Shown here: positions 37,223 through 48,435 of the stretch, piece by piece
How positions within the stretch are numbered: the first letter of the stretch is position 1
How the letters are laid out: each line of letters starts with the position of its first letter
DNA from: Rhynchopus sp. YZ270_cl-10
Taxonomy: Eukaryota
Reading direction: 5' to 3'
DNA length: 64,000 nucleotides
Assembly (NCBI GenBank): GCA_964035575.1
Contig: OZ037848.1
Coordinates: 124,001 to 188,000 of the forward strand
Notes under the pieces: generated by a model
The model's input: the letters and a program-made list of their open reading frames with translations, nothing else
What the model was told of the DNA's origin: nothing
The model's database searches: none
Translations under genes and position numbers: made by a program

Positions 37223-37581
37223 ACGCTAATCCTGTGTGTTGTAGGGTCGGGAGCACAAACCCTGAGTCGCTAATTTGGGCGGGGAAAAAATCCCCCTCCT
37301 TCTGTATATGGCGTAACTAATTAGTAACCATATTCGCGGACAAAAACTCGGGACGGGGTGTAAAAAAAAAGGGGTGTTTTCAACATTATTTTTTCGTATG
37401 TCGTGAGATATGCATATACTGTGTCTTTTTTTCTTCACGCTATGCCACTACAACATACGGCCGAACATTTTGTCGAACTTATTATTATTTTTTTCAACAG
37501 CACTGCCACACGAAGGAACACATTTTCCCCCCCACCCCGCTCCCGTCCTCAGAAAAAGCGAAACAAAAAGAAAATTTGATA

Positions 37582-37615
37582 AGATGATCCTAAGTCTCGC
37601 GAGACTCAGTCACCT
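37582..37615 (-). promoter_or_regulatory. Intergenic GNRA hairpin motif copy
   Basis: Minus: AGGTGA-CTGAGT-CT-C-GCGA-G-ACTTAG-GA-TCATCT; a second copy with a GGGA loop lies at 37652-37675. Confidence 0.7.
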
Positions 37616-38404
37616 TTGGAACAAAAAAGGGGGGGAAGATTTTTTTTGTACGATGACCTCCCGTTCACAGTCATCTTACACGAATAGAGACACAAATTAA
37701 AAAAGACTCAATGCTTTAGAGGAATATACCCCAGATCACATAAAAACATCTTTCAAATAAAACGTTCAAGATTTTTCAAGATTTCTTTTTGACACATTTT
37801 TTTTTTTGGTAATTTCCACACTTTTTTTGTCTTGATTTTTTTTATCTCTTCCGCTTTTTCTTCATGTGGGTAAATGCCCGGCGTTCAAAAGACGTGATCG
37901 CAAAAAGGAAACTCTTACTTTTATCCAAAAAAATTTTGACAGTGCAAAAAAAATGAAAAACGCGTAGACGCAGGAAGAGCAATTCCTTAAAGGGGGTCCT
38001 AAAACAGAGCACAAAAGCGAAAAGTGGATAGGTGATCCTGAGCTTTGGGCACCTAATATAAACAAAACGTTATAGAATATGAAATGTTCTCCTCACATCA
38101 CAGAGAACAAGGTTGGTCTGGGGTGGGGTACATAAAAGCAAACCAATAAAATGATGAGGACCAGCAGCACTTTTTGACGACTGCCCTAATATTAGTTGTA
38201 ATCGACAATGCATTTGTTACCCTTTTGGGCAGAGCCAAAAAGGGTCTGTACTCGCCGAAGAACCTTTTTTATACGGATTATAGACGTCGTCCGTGGGGGG
38301 TATTTTCCCTCGTTGTAAAACACAAAATCACCTCAGGCATTGGGGTTGGGTGGGGGGACAAAGGATGGAACTAACATTAAATAGCGCGTTAAAAAGCGTT
38401 ATGT

Positions 38405-39718
38405 TCATTTGTGCGCATTGGCGTAGGTGAGGGTGGAGGCAACGATTGCCTGCACCTCGAGGTGGAGCTGCTTGGTGTTGACGTACTCAAGCTTGTCGTT
38501 GGAGGTGTGGTAGTAGGGGTATGACGATGCACCGACGTCGTTCTCGAAGAATCCGACACTTGGCCAGCCGTTGTCGTAGAACGACATGTAGTCCGAGCAG
38601 CAGGAGCTGGAGTACCCCATCTTGGGCAGGGCAGGAACGTACTCCTTGGTAATCTTCATCACCATCTCCGTGTCCTCAACCGAGATCGATCTGTCCTTAA
38701 ATCCAAGAGTGATCTCCTCATTCGGAATCTGCCACCCAAGCATGTCAGCGTTGAACATCACCTTGATGTTCAAGTTCTCCTTCTTCCAGTGCTCCGCAAG
38801 CGCCTTAGATCCGAGCAGACCCTGCTCCTCTCCACTGAAGGAGCACAGACGAATCGAGTACTCGGTGTTGATCTTGTGGTCCTGGAGGAGTCGTGCCAGC
38901 TCGAGGAGCGCGCTGGTGCCCGAAGCGTTGTCGTCTGCGCCAGGTGCCTCCTGGGTGGGGGAGGAGTTGTTGGTGCTGCGCGAGTCGTAGTGCGCACCAA
39001 CCACGATGTACTCCTCCGGGTATTTGGTACCAGTGTGCTCGGCAACGACGACGTGCGGCATGTCGGATCTGAACTCATGGGTGTGCACCTTCAGTCCCAT
39101 CTCCGTGTAACGCTCCTCCAGCCAGTTCTGTGCACCGCGTACGTCCGTGGAGTAAGAGTTTCTTGTGAAGAACTCCTCACTCAAGTGGCGGACGGACTCC
39201 TCAAGGTGGCTGCGCGAGACTGCCTTCACTGCCTTGGCGATGGTGGTGTCGGCTCTTGCGAGGGAGAGCTCGACGCCCTCGAGGTTCGACTTCTTGGGGT
39301 ACGTCACCTTGCGGGAGGCGACTGGGATGACGGAGACGCCGACCTCACCGCCGCAGGCATCGAGGTTGGTCTTGTCGGGCACGTCCTCGCCTCCCTGCAC
39401 GACGAGGGTCAGGGCGGTCGTGTCCTCAAGTAGGGTCGTGATGCCGGCAGACTTCGTCTTCTGGAGGGCGGCGTAGAACTTAGCGGGGGTGTCGAACTCA
39501 AGCACCCAGAGGCCATCGTCACCGGAGCGGTGTGCACCAAGGCTGTGCTTGCATGCGTCAGCTCCGTCAACCACGTACAAGGAAAAGTCGCGGAAGCGGC
39601 CACGGAATTCGCCAGTGGTGGTGGTGGTGGTGGTGTTGCTCTCAACAGCACACCACTGAGAGGGCTCTGCAGCAACCACACCCAGCGCGCTGAGCAACAG
39701 CACGGAGGCTGTCTTCAT
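38405..39718 (-). CDS. Secreted peptidase family M28 (leucyl aminopeptidase-like)
   Basis: Signal peptide and propeptide; zinc-ligand motifs GAHYDS, GADDNASG, GEEQGLLGS, NADM and YHT. Confidence 0.93.
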   Translation of the reverse strand: MKTASVLLLSALGVVAAEPSQWCAVESNTTTTTTTGEFRGRFRDFSLYVVDGADACKHSLGAHRSGDDGLWVLEFDTPAKFYAALQKTKSAGITTLLEDTTALTLVVQGGEDVPDKTNLDACGGEVGVSVIPVASRKVTYPKKSNLEGVELSLARADTTIAKAVKAVSRSHLEESVRHLSEEFFTRNSYSTDVRGAQNWLEERYTEMGLKVHTHEFRSDMPHVVVAEHTGTKYPEEYIVVGAHYDSRSTNNSSPTQEAPGADDNASGTSALLELARLLQDHKINTEYSIRLCSFSGEEQGLLGSKALAEHWKKENLNIKVMFNADMLGWQIPNEEITLGFKDRSISVEDTEMVMKITKEYVPALPKMGYSSSCCSDYMSFYDNGWPSVGFFENDVGASSYPYYHTSNDKLEYVNTKQLHLEVQAIVASTLTYANAHK

Positions 39719-39973
39719 TGTGGAAGGGGGGAAAAGAAGTCTTTTTTGCTGTGGTGGGTGTGAGTGTGAGGAGCGAAGGTTGGGCAGAGGGCAAAGGGAC
39801 GATACACTTTTTTGTTCTCAAAATTGATTATGGTGCTCCGGAAGGCTAGTTTGACGGGTCCTCGACCAAATTCCCAGCACACCAGGTTAGTAAAAAATAA
39901 AATAAAATGAAAGATTCAGAGGAAAAAAAGTGGCAATGTGAGATTGTTTTGAGGAAACTATTTTTGAAAGAAG

Positions 39974-40302
39974 AAAACTTGTAAAATGATACGCCTCAAA
40001 CAAAATGCACAATAAAAAAGATCGGGTTTTTTGGAGGGATGGGGGAAACAGGAAACAAAGAAAAGTTGAAAGTGCAGACACATCACCGTTCATCGGCGGA
40101 CGCAGGTACTGAAAACAAATACGAGTCATGGAAATACGAGGTCATCTTGTAGCACAAAAAAGTTCTTTACACATCGATTCCGTAGCTGCCTTTGACAAAA
40201 CAACAACACCTCACTCTGTCCTGTGTTGTGTCCATTTCAAAAGCAACCGGGTTCAGTGCTGAACTGTATCAGGTACAAAATGCGACAGGGGTCCAAAACA
40301 CA
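39974..40302 (+). repeat. Left copy of a ~300-bp direct repeat flanking the foldback element
   Basis: 40120-40302 is near-identical to 42250-42432; patchy homology extends to 39974 versus 42140. Confidence 0.9.
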
Positions 40303-40314
40303 GGGGGGGGTTAG

Positions 40315-41960
40315 GGGCGTCAGCCCTTAAGGAAATCCTTAAGAAACCTTGTCACAAAACCATTTTTTGAGTTTAAGGTTAAGAAACCCACTAAAATAGT
40401 CGTATTTGGCCCCAAAACCACCTCCCGATCACAAAAATATGTCAATAAAACCACAGACGACCTTAACAGAGGCTTTGTTACCAAAAAAAATCGGTGTTTT
40501 TATGAAAAAACACCCTAAAACCGCGTAACGCTCGCGTAACGCTATTTACCGATTTTCGGACCCTTTTTGAAATATGGCTCTAAGTTCCACCAAGTCTCTC
40601 TAAACACCCCAAAACCGCCTGGGTACCCCTCGGGATAGGTTCTGGGGTGAAAATATGTGGCTTTGGGGGCTTTTCTGGCCCCCAGAGGCGTCTCAGAGCT
40701 ATTTGACACACCCGAAAGCTCCATTTTTAATCAAAAAATGCTTGCTTTTTTACCTTGTCATGAGCATTAACACCCCCAATGAGACCCCCAGAACGTCTCT
40801 AAAGTCCAAAAATCACCCCGGAATTGATTCCCGGACCTCATAATAGGTGGAGTACCATGTTTCTGGGGTCAAAAATGCGTTGTGGTCCATTACTGTTCCC
40901 CCTGACAATGAGCGATAGAGTAGCGATAGAATAGAAATATGACCACCTCCAGGAAACCAAAATTTTCAAGACAAACCAAAAAAAAATGTGTACTAAGGTG
41001 AAAAAACACCCTACACCGCCTGGGTACCCCTCAGGATAGGTTCTGGGGTGAAAATATGTGGTTTTGGGGGCTTTTCCGGCCCCCAAAGACGTCTCAGAGA
41101 CATTTTTCACACCCAAAAACTGCAGTTTAGCTCCCCCTTATACCCCTGTAGGATAAAACTGCAGTTTTTGGGTGTGAAAAATATCTCTGAGACGTCTTTG
41201 GGGGCCGGAAAAGCCCCCAAAACCACATATTTTCACCCCAGAACCTATCCTGAGGGGTACCCAGGCGGTGTAGGGTGTTTTTTCACCTTAGTACACATTT
41301 TTTTTTTGGTTTGTCTTGAAAATTTTGGTTTCCTGGAGGTGGTCATATTTCTATTCTATCGCTACTCTATCGCTCATTGTCAGGGGGAACAGTAATGGAC
41401 CACAACGCATTTTTGACCCCAGAAACATGGTACTCCACCTATTATGAGGTCCGGGAATCAATTCCGGGGTGATTTTTGGACTTTAGAGACGTTCTGGGGG
41501 TCTCATTGGGGGTGTTAATGCTCATGACAAGGTAAAAAAGCAAGCATTTTTTGATTAAAAATGGAGCTTTCGGGTGTGTCAAATAGCTCTGAGACGCCTC
41601 TGGGGGCCAGAAAAGCCCCCAAAGCCACATATTTTCACCCCAGAACCTATCCCGAGGGGTACCCAGGCGGTTTTGGGGTGTTTAGAGAGACTTGGTGGAA
41701 CTTAGAGCCATATTTCAAAAAGGGTCCGAAAATCGGTAAATAGCGTTACGCGAGCGTTACGCGGTTTTAGGGTGTTTTTTCATAAAAACACCGATTTTTT
41801 TTGGTAACAAAGCCTCTGTTAAGGTCGTCTGTGGTTTTATTGACGTATTTTTGTGATCGGGAGGTGGTTTTGGGGCCAAATACGACTATTTTAGTGGGTT
41901 TCTTAACCTTAAACTCAAAAAAATGGTTTTGTGACAGAAAAACCCCCTAGGCTGACGCCC
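40315..41960. mobile_element. Foldback-like non-autonomous element (near-perfect 1.6-kb palindrome)
   Basis: Arms ~40350-41128 and 41156-41936 are reverse complements around a 27-nt spacer. Outer 11-bp inverted repeat GGGCGTCAGCC/GGCTGACGCCC. Each arm has an internal ~100-bp subrepeat ~400 bp apart. Mirror-image ORFs appear in the track. No transposase is present. Confidence 0.8.
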
Positions 41961-42139
41961 GCACTCTAACGAAGAAGAGAGACAGACAGTGGGTTGATGA
42001 GGGCCGTCTTGAAGAGAGGGCAATCGCCTTCGCATATACAAAAAGATTTCCCTAAGATACGTCAGATGTCTTGTCACTGGGAATAAAAGGTAGAGACGTG
42101 CTTGATCGTGTAGAACTGAACAACGAACAATGAACAACG

Positions 42140-42432
42140 AAAACTTGTCAAATGAGTACGCCTCTCGTGCGCACATCTAACAAAATGCACGTCACACCAG
42201 TGGACAAAAAAGGATGGGCTTTTTGAGGGATGGGGAAACAGGAAACAATTACGAGTCATGGAAGTACCGGTTCATCTTGTAGCATAAAAAAGTTCTTTAC
42301 ACATCGATTCCGTAGCTGCCTTTGACAAAACAACAACACCTCACTCTGTCCTGTGTTGTGTCCGTTTCAAAAGCAACCGGGTTCAGTGCTGAACTGTATC
42401 AGGTACAAAATGCGACAGGGATCCAAAACACA
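42140..42432 (+). repeat. Right copy of the ~300-bp direct repeat
   Basis: Matches 39974-40302. Confidence 0.9.
42150..42178 (-). promoter_or_regulatory. Intergenic GNRA hairpin motif copy
   Basis: Minus: AGATG-TGCGC-A-C-GAGA-G-GCGTA-CT-CATTT. Confidence 0.7.
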
Positions 42433-42878
42433 AAAGGGTGTGACAGATGCATACAATGCATAAGAACCGTTTTATTGGTAAAGAAAAGAAAAACAAAATT
42501 CGGAGTGACGCCAAATTAATGGGAAACAAATCGTAAATTATTGGGTCCAATCATTCCCAATAACTCTCCTTTGGGCCTGAGGAATGCGCTCTGGCTCTGG
42601 GGACGTTATCGTGCTTTTGGGGACATGGGGTCTGGGGAACTTCTGAAAAACACGAAACCCGACAATAACACACAACCAGATGCACATTCTACCACACAGT
42701 TCAGTGCACAAATACTGGTTGCAAAAATAAATATTTCGGGATCCACTACTGCCCAATAATCTTCACAATTACGAATCGTCTTATCGTATCTGATTCGTAT
42801 TGTATCCACATTGTATGCCTCACTAGGCTAAGAGGACCTGAGGGTTACAAGGTGGGGAACTGAGGACCTATGGCGGTA

Positions 42879-45800
42879 TCAGTTCAACAGCAACGTTTTC
42901 TCCTCTTCTTGTTTCCCTGCTGCGTACACATCAGCCTTGTCGAGTGGCATAGTGAGCAGTGGCTCGGGCTCCTTCGGGTGCTGCTTCTGCTTCAGACAGC
43001 AGAACACAACAACAACACACACAGCCAACACAAGCAGGCCCACACCGATGCCGACGTAAACAAAAACCTTGCTGCTCGTTGCTGTTGATGCTGACTTCTG
43101 CACGCATGTGTACGTCCCGTCTGCAAGCGTAAGGGTTGTGCTGCCTTCACACTCGACCGCATTGCACACACCATTGTGCTGCACTGTGTACGACGCGTCC
43201 GTGCTTGTGCAGGTCACCCCGTGGCTCACAGTCACACCCTCAGAGGAAAGCGCCGCTGTCAGGTTCAGCTTGCCGGAAAGTGCATCAGCAAGTTTTTCTG
43301 TGCTGGCACGCACCATGCCCACCACAAGAACACCATCATCTGAGACCACAACGTGAATCTCCGTCACAGTGCCCAGTGTCTCGCCCATCGTGTCTTCAAA
43401 GCGCTCTGCAGTTATCGCTGTCGTCCACGAAGACCGTGCCCCCGCCCCGTACTCCACAGCAAACCCCATCGGCACTGTCACATCGCCCGCAAGCAGGCAC
43501 AGAGGCACACCAGGAGGGTGTGCGTAGCCCTGTGTGTGGCACACACATGTCCCAGCGTTGCACGTCGCCTTCGGGTCAAGCCTCCCACTGCGACAGTCTT
43601 TGTCGGTTGTGCACAGAGCGTTCACAGCAGGAGGTGACGGTGGAGCAAAGGTATTGCCAGCAGGCAGGTCTGTCGGGGTTGCTGTTGGAAGTGCGGTGTC
43701 AGGTGCGGATGTGGGTGGAGCAAACGAAGCACCGGCAGGCAGGTCTGTCGGGGTTGCTGTTGGAAGTGCTGTGTCAGGTGCAGGTGTGGGTGGAGCAAAC
43801 GAAGCACCAGCAGGCAGATCTGTTGGGGTTGCTGTTGGAAGTGCTGTGTCAGGTGCGGGTGTGGGTGGTTCCAAAGTAGTCGGCAGATCTGTTGGAGAAG
43901 CTGTGGAAGAATTTGTACCACTCCATTCGAGGGTGAACACGTTGTCTAAAGGTTCCCTTTCCCTACAGCAACCTGTCAGCTCAACCACGAAGTAGCCGTA
44001 GCAGCCGGAGCAGTTCCAACTCACATTGAAGGGTGAGCCCTGTGCGAAGACGGTCTCGTTGTCAGTGATTAACGTGACTGTTGATTGAAAAATACCACCA
44101 AGCTGTGCTTCAATACTAAGTTCACCTGTGCAAGGGATAATCCAATTGTACGGGCCCATGCCTGAAAAGTGTCTCTGATACGTCCCGTCTTCTGGTAGTG
44201 TGAGGTACTCAGACGGGTCAAATCCCTCTGCAGGTGGAACAACAGGTGTGTCCTCGCACTCCCACTCAGCTATGAAATAAACCGGCTCCATTCCCCCCCA
44301 ATCCGAGTCGTTGTACACAATCATCATCTCCCCGTTTGCAGGATACGAACTGCGGTACGTTGTGGCTGGCGTTGGTGTTATTGACATAAGCTCGTAACCG
44401 TTGCTGTTCACGAGTGAAATCCCGCACATCGCGCTGGCTGTCATATTGGAGAAGGACACGTGAACAGTCCCCGTACACTGAAATGTCCAGCACATCATAA
44501 ATGCCCTGCTAGCAGGAGTGAATAAAACATCCAGTGGTGATGACGTTTCTAAACACACAGGCGGGACAGGTGTTGGCGGAAGTGGTGTTGGCGGAAGTGG
44601 TGTCGGTGCTGGTGTTGGCGGAATGTACTCGCAAGTCCACGACAGGAAAAAGAAATTGTTTTCATCAAAGGTTTGCACGCATGACAGGCTAACAAAAAAG
44701 TAGTCAACAACAGAGTAGTTGCCACTCGAAGTGAATGGTGAGTGGTCCGAGAACACCACCTCGTTTTGGCTGTTGTTGTAGCTGACTGTAGCAGGTGCAA
44801 AATCACCAACCTGTGCTGCAATGCTAAGCATCCCTGTGCAAGGGATAATCCAGAAGGCCTGGCCGATAGTTGAATACAGTCTCTGATACGTCCCGTCTTC
44901 TGGTAGTGTGAGGTACTCAGACGGGTCAAATCCCTCTGCAGGTGGAACAACAGGTGTGTTTTCGCACTCCCACGCAACTGAAAGCTGAACCGTGACTGTC
45001 TCACCTGGGGACGCAGGATCGAAGCTGACGTACAGAATCTTCATCTCCCCGTTTGCAGGATACGAAGCAGTGTAGTTCTTACGACCTTGTCCATAGACTG
45101 TATCTAATGATGTGAGCTCGTAACCGTCGCTGTTGACAAGAGACACCGTATCGTCTGCATTGAGCAAGGTCACAAAGGTAATGTGAACAGTTCCTGTACA
45201 CTGAAACACCCAACACTTCTCAATCCACCGTATTGGCCCACGTGAGAACGATGTGTTCAAGGGTGATGACGGTTCTGAACACACAGGCGCCGGCAAAGGT
45301 GTTGGGGGCGGTTGTGTTGGCGGTGCTGGGGTTGGCGGAAGAGTCGGGAGGGAGGGCACGGTACTGGAATGCGACTCGCAAGCCCACGAAAGGAAAAAGA
45401 AGTTGTTTTCATCAAAGGTCTGCACGCATGACAGGGTAACAAAAAAGTAGTCAACAACAGAGTAGTTGCCACTCGAAGTGAATGGTGAGTGGTCCGAGAA
45501 CACCACCTCGTTTTGGCTGTTGTTGTAGCTGACTGTAGCAGGTGCAAAATCACCAACCTGTGCTGCAATGCTAAGCATCCCTGTGCAAGGGATAATCCAG
45601 AAGGCCTGGCCGATAGTTGAATACCGTCTCTGATACGTCCCGTCTTCTGGTAGTGTGAGGTACTCAGACGAGTCAAATCCCTCTGCAGGTGGAACAACAG
45701 GTGTGTTTTCGCACTCCCACGCAACTGAAAGCTGAACCGTGACTGTCTCACCTGGGGACGCAGGATCGAAGCTGGAGTACAGAATCTTCATCTCCCCGTT

Positions 45801-46913
45801 TGCAGGATACGAAGCAGTGTAGTTCTCCGCACGATGTCCATAGACTGTATCTAATGATGTGAGCTCGTAACCGTCGCTGTTGACAAGAGACACCGTATCG
45901 TCTGCATTGAGCAAGGTCACAAAGGTAATGTGAACAGTTCCTGTACACTGAAACACCCAACACTTTTCAATCCACCGTATTGGCCCACGTGAGAATGATG
46001 TGTTCAAGGGTGATGACGGTTCTGAACACACAGGCGCCGGCAAAGGTGTTGGGGGCGGTTGTGTTGGCGGTGCTGGGGTTGGCGGAAGAGTCGGGAGGGA
46101 GGGCACGGTACTGGAATGCGACTCGCAAGCCCACGAAAGGAAAAAGAAATTGTTTTCATCAAAGGTTTGCACGCATGACAGGGTAACAAAAAAGTAGTCA
46201 ACAACAGAGTAGTTGCCACTCGAAGTGAATGGTGAGTGGTCCGAGAACACCACCTCGTTTTGGCTGTTGTTGTAGCTGACTGTAGCAGGTGCAAAATCAC
46301 CAAGCTGTGCTGCAATGCTAAGCATCCCTGTGCAAGGGATAATCCATGAGGCCTGGCCGATAGTTGAATACCGTCTCTGATACGTCCCGTCTTCTGGTAG
46401 TGTGAGGTACTCAGACGAGTCAAATCCCTCTGCAGGTGGAACAACAGGTGTGTTTTCGCACTCCCACGCAACTGAAAGCTGAACCGTGACTGTCTCACCT
46501 GGGGACGCAGGATCGAAGCTGGAGTACAGAATCTTCATCTCTCCGTTTGCAGGATACGAAGCAGTGTAGTTCTCCGCACGATGTCCATAGACTGTATCTA
46601 ATGATGTGAGCTCGTAACCGTCGCTGTTGACAAGAGACACCGTATCGTCTGCATTGAGCAAGGTCACAAAGGTAATGTGAACAGTTCCTGTACACTGAAA
46701 CACCCAACACTTTTCAATCCACCGTATTGGCCCACGTGAGAATGATGTGTTCAAGGGTGATGACGGTTCTGAACACACAGGCGCCGGCAAAGGTGTTGGG
46801 GGCGGTTGTGTTGGCGGTGCTGGGGTTGGCGGAAGAGTCGGGAGGGAGGACACGGCACTGCCATGCAACAGTGAGGAGACTGAGAGCATCAAGAGGAAAC
46901 GCATTGTGTACAT
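42879..46913 (-). CDS. Type I membrane glycoprotein with tandem 249-aa extracellular modules, Pro/Thr stalk and EGF-like Cys module
   Basis: Signal peptide; three near-identical 747-bp repeats plus a diverged fourth; 63-bp PTPAPDTALPTATPTDLPAG repeats; Cys-rich module; one TM helix (VFVYVGIGVGLLVLAVCVVVVF); short cytoplasmic tail. Confidence 0.88.
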   Translation of the reverse strand: MYTMRFLLMLSVSSLLHGSAVSSLPTLPPTPAPPTQPPPTPLPAPVCSEPSSPLNTSFSRGPIRWIEKCWVFQCTGTVHITFVTLLNADDTVSLVNSDGYELTSLDTVYGHRAENYTASYPANGEMKILYSSFDPASPGETVTVQLSVAWECENTPVVPPAEGFDSSEYLTLPEDGTYQRRYSTIGQASWIIPCTGMLSIAAQLGDFAPATVSYNNSQNEVVFSDHSPFTSSGNYSVVDYFFVTLSCVQTFDENNFFFLSWACESHSSTVPSLPTLPPTPAPPTQPPPTPLPAPVCSEPSSPLNTSFSRGPIRWIEKCWVFQCTGTVHITFVTLLNADDTVSLVNSDGYELTSLDTVYGHRAENYTASYPANGEMKILYSSFDPASPGETVTVQLSVAWECENTPVVPPAEGFDSSEYLTLPEDGTYQRRYSTIGQAFWIIPCTGMLSIAAQVGDFAPATVSYNNSQNEVVFSDHSPFTSSGNYSVVDYFFVTLSCVQTFDENNFFFLSWACESHSSTVPSLPTLPPTPAPPTQPPPTPLPAPVCSEPSSPLNTSFSRGPIRWIEKCWVFQCTGTVHITFVTLLNADDTVSLVNSDGYELTSLDTVYGQGRKNYTASYPANGEMKILYVSFDPASPGETVTVQLSVAWECENTPVVPPAEGFDPSEYLTLPEDGTYQRLYSTIGQAFWIIPCTGMLSIAAQVGDFAPATVSYNNSQNEVVFSDHSPFTSSGNYSVVDYFFVSLSCVQTFDENNFFFLSWTCEYIPPTPAPTPLPPTPLPPTPVPPVCLETSSPLDVLFTPASRAFMMCWTFQCTGTVHVSFSNMTASAMCGISLVNSNGYELMSITPTPATTYRSSYPANGEMMIVYNDSDWGGMEPVYFIAEWECEDTPVVPPAEGFDPSEYLTLPEDGTYQRHFSGMGPYNWIIPCTGELSIEAQLGGIFQSTVTLITDNETVFAQGSPFNVSWNCSGCYGYFVVELTGCCREREPLDNVFTLEWSGTNSSTASPTDLPTTLEPPTPAPDTALPTATPTDLPAGASFAPPTPAPDTALPTATPTDLPAGASFAPPTSAPDTALPTATPTDLPAGNTFAPPSPPAVNALCTTDKDCRSGRLDPKATCNAGTCVCHTQGYAHPPGVPLCLLAGDVTVPMGFAVEYGAGARSSWTTAITAERFEDTMGETLGTVTEIHVVVSDDGVLVVGMVRASTEKLADALSGKLNLTAALSSEGVTVSHGVTCTSTDASYTVQHNGVCNAVECEGSTTLTLADGTYTCVQKSASTATSSKVFVYVGIGVGLLVLAVCVVVVFCCLKQKQHPKEPEPLLTMPLDKADVYAAGKQEEEKTLLLN

Positions 46914-47812
46914 GTGGGGGACGTGCCTGAGTGGGTGGTGTGGTGGTGTAGTGTGTTGAGTGCTGTATAGCCCACCAGTGCAGCACGGTCACTCACCTAG
47001 CAGAGAACACTGCTGTCGTTCACCTCCAAGCTGAACACCCCAGGCAGCTGTGCATTGTGCTGCAGCAATACAGGCCCAAAACATCGGTATACTGGTTTCG
47101 TCCCTCTTGTAAAAAGCTTGGTCTGAAAAATATGAGGTTCGGCAAGCTGTGAAAGAGTCACCCACCCACCGCTTTTTTTTTTAATGCACGAAAATAGTTT
47201 CTTTCCAAGTGAGGAGGTAGAACACCATCCATACAAGAAAGCCTTGCCGTGCAACCTACTACGCACGGAAGTGCGTAGTGGTGCACGTATCGGAGGGATT
47301 TTAGTCCCCCCGGGGACCATATTTTTGGAATGATTCAATCGCAAACAAAAACAAGTAATTGCTATCGGAAAAAAAACGGCGTGTACTGTGGAACTCCACC
47401 CTGTAGAAGTAACCTACAACACACCCAGCACTCTGCTCTTCTGCAGGTATGATAACGCTCTTCGTACGCTGCCAGACCCACTGGGACGCCTGCATCTGAA
47501 ACGTTCAAGAAGGGGGGCTGTCCTCTTCGTCCAGCACCATCTGATCGATAGCGTTGTTGGACGTAGTCTCGGCAGGCTCGGCGTGTTCCAGCTCGTTTTT
47601 GTCCACAGGGTCCCACGCAGTGTCGTCGTCGTTGGAGCAGTGCGGAAGGAACACAGAATGCACAGACGACAACACGTAGATCACACCAGGCACATCAGCA
47701 CCTCCAGCAAATCGCCAGGATGCTACGGTGCTCTCGAAAATCACGCGGGGTTTTCCACAGCACATCCCGTTTTTTCTTAGCAATTAGTTGTTCTTGTTGT
47801 TATTGTAATTTG

Positions 47813-48158
47813 CAACCACCTTCCTTCAACCCTTGTAGGATCAGTTCTAATTTTTTTTCGCGAAAACATGAAATTACACATTTCAAGAGAACAAATTAAA
47901 AAGGGTACTTATTTGCATTTTTGGGCTCTGCCCGTGCAGTGGTGGGGTCAATCTCGAAAATTGGACAATTTTTTGACCACTTAAATTTTGAGAAATATGA
48001 GCCCGGTTCCTTATACGTGGGGCCCATTTTTGGCCAAAATTTTCCTCAAAATCCGGGTTTGTAAAATTGACCCTTTCCCCCCCCCACATCGATTTCAATA
48101 CTATACCTTACTTCACCTACGGTTACCCTTACAGGGGGGGGTGAAGGAAGGTAAGTTG
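47813..48158. mobile_element. MITE-like element copy 1
   Basis: Imperfect terminal inverted repeats CAACCACCTTCCTTCAACCC...GGGTGAAGGAAGGTAAGTTG; the body is repeated at 48436-48752. Confidence 0.7.
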
Positions 48159-48435
48159 AAAAGGGGTCCCTCCACTGTTCCGGAACTCTCCACTCCGACC
48201 AAAAAAATGCGACAGAGAGAAGGAGCGATAAAAATGATATGGCGAATGAAAAAGAAGTAGCGCACCGTACGCCTGCGGCGCAAGCTTGCATCCACCCTTC
48301 CCATGACATAGTTTGGCTGTAAAAAGGTGCAATTCTAAGCGCACTATTCGAAATGCTGGCTTTACCAGGAACTTTCGTTTTAGAAAAGTAAAACTGATGG
48401 CAATACTTCAGTGAGTCGACAATTTCCTGCTGTTG

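Noticed and set aside
40303..40316. TTAGGG telomeric seed next to the palindrome
   Set aside because: A single hexamer is expected by chance.
40542..41743. Mirror-image small ORFs in the palindrome as a transposase
   Set aside because: Short, no DDE or other motif; the duplication simply reflects the inverted repeat.
47301..47783. Two same-frame minus-strand ORFs separated by one TGA (possible pseudogene or readthrough)
   Set aside because: No recognisable domain or recoding signal; cannot be distinguished from chance.
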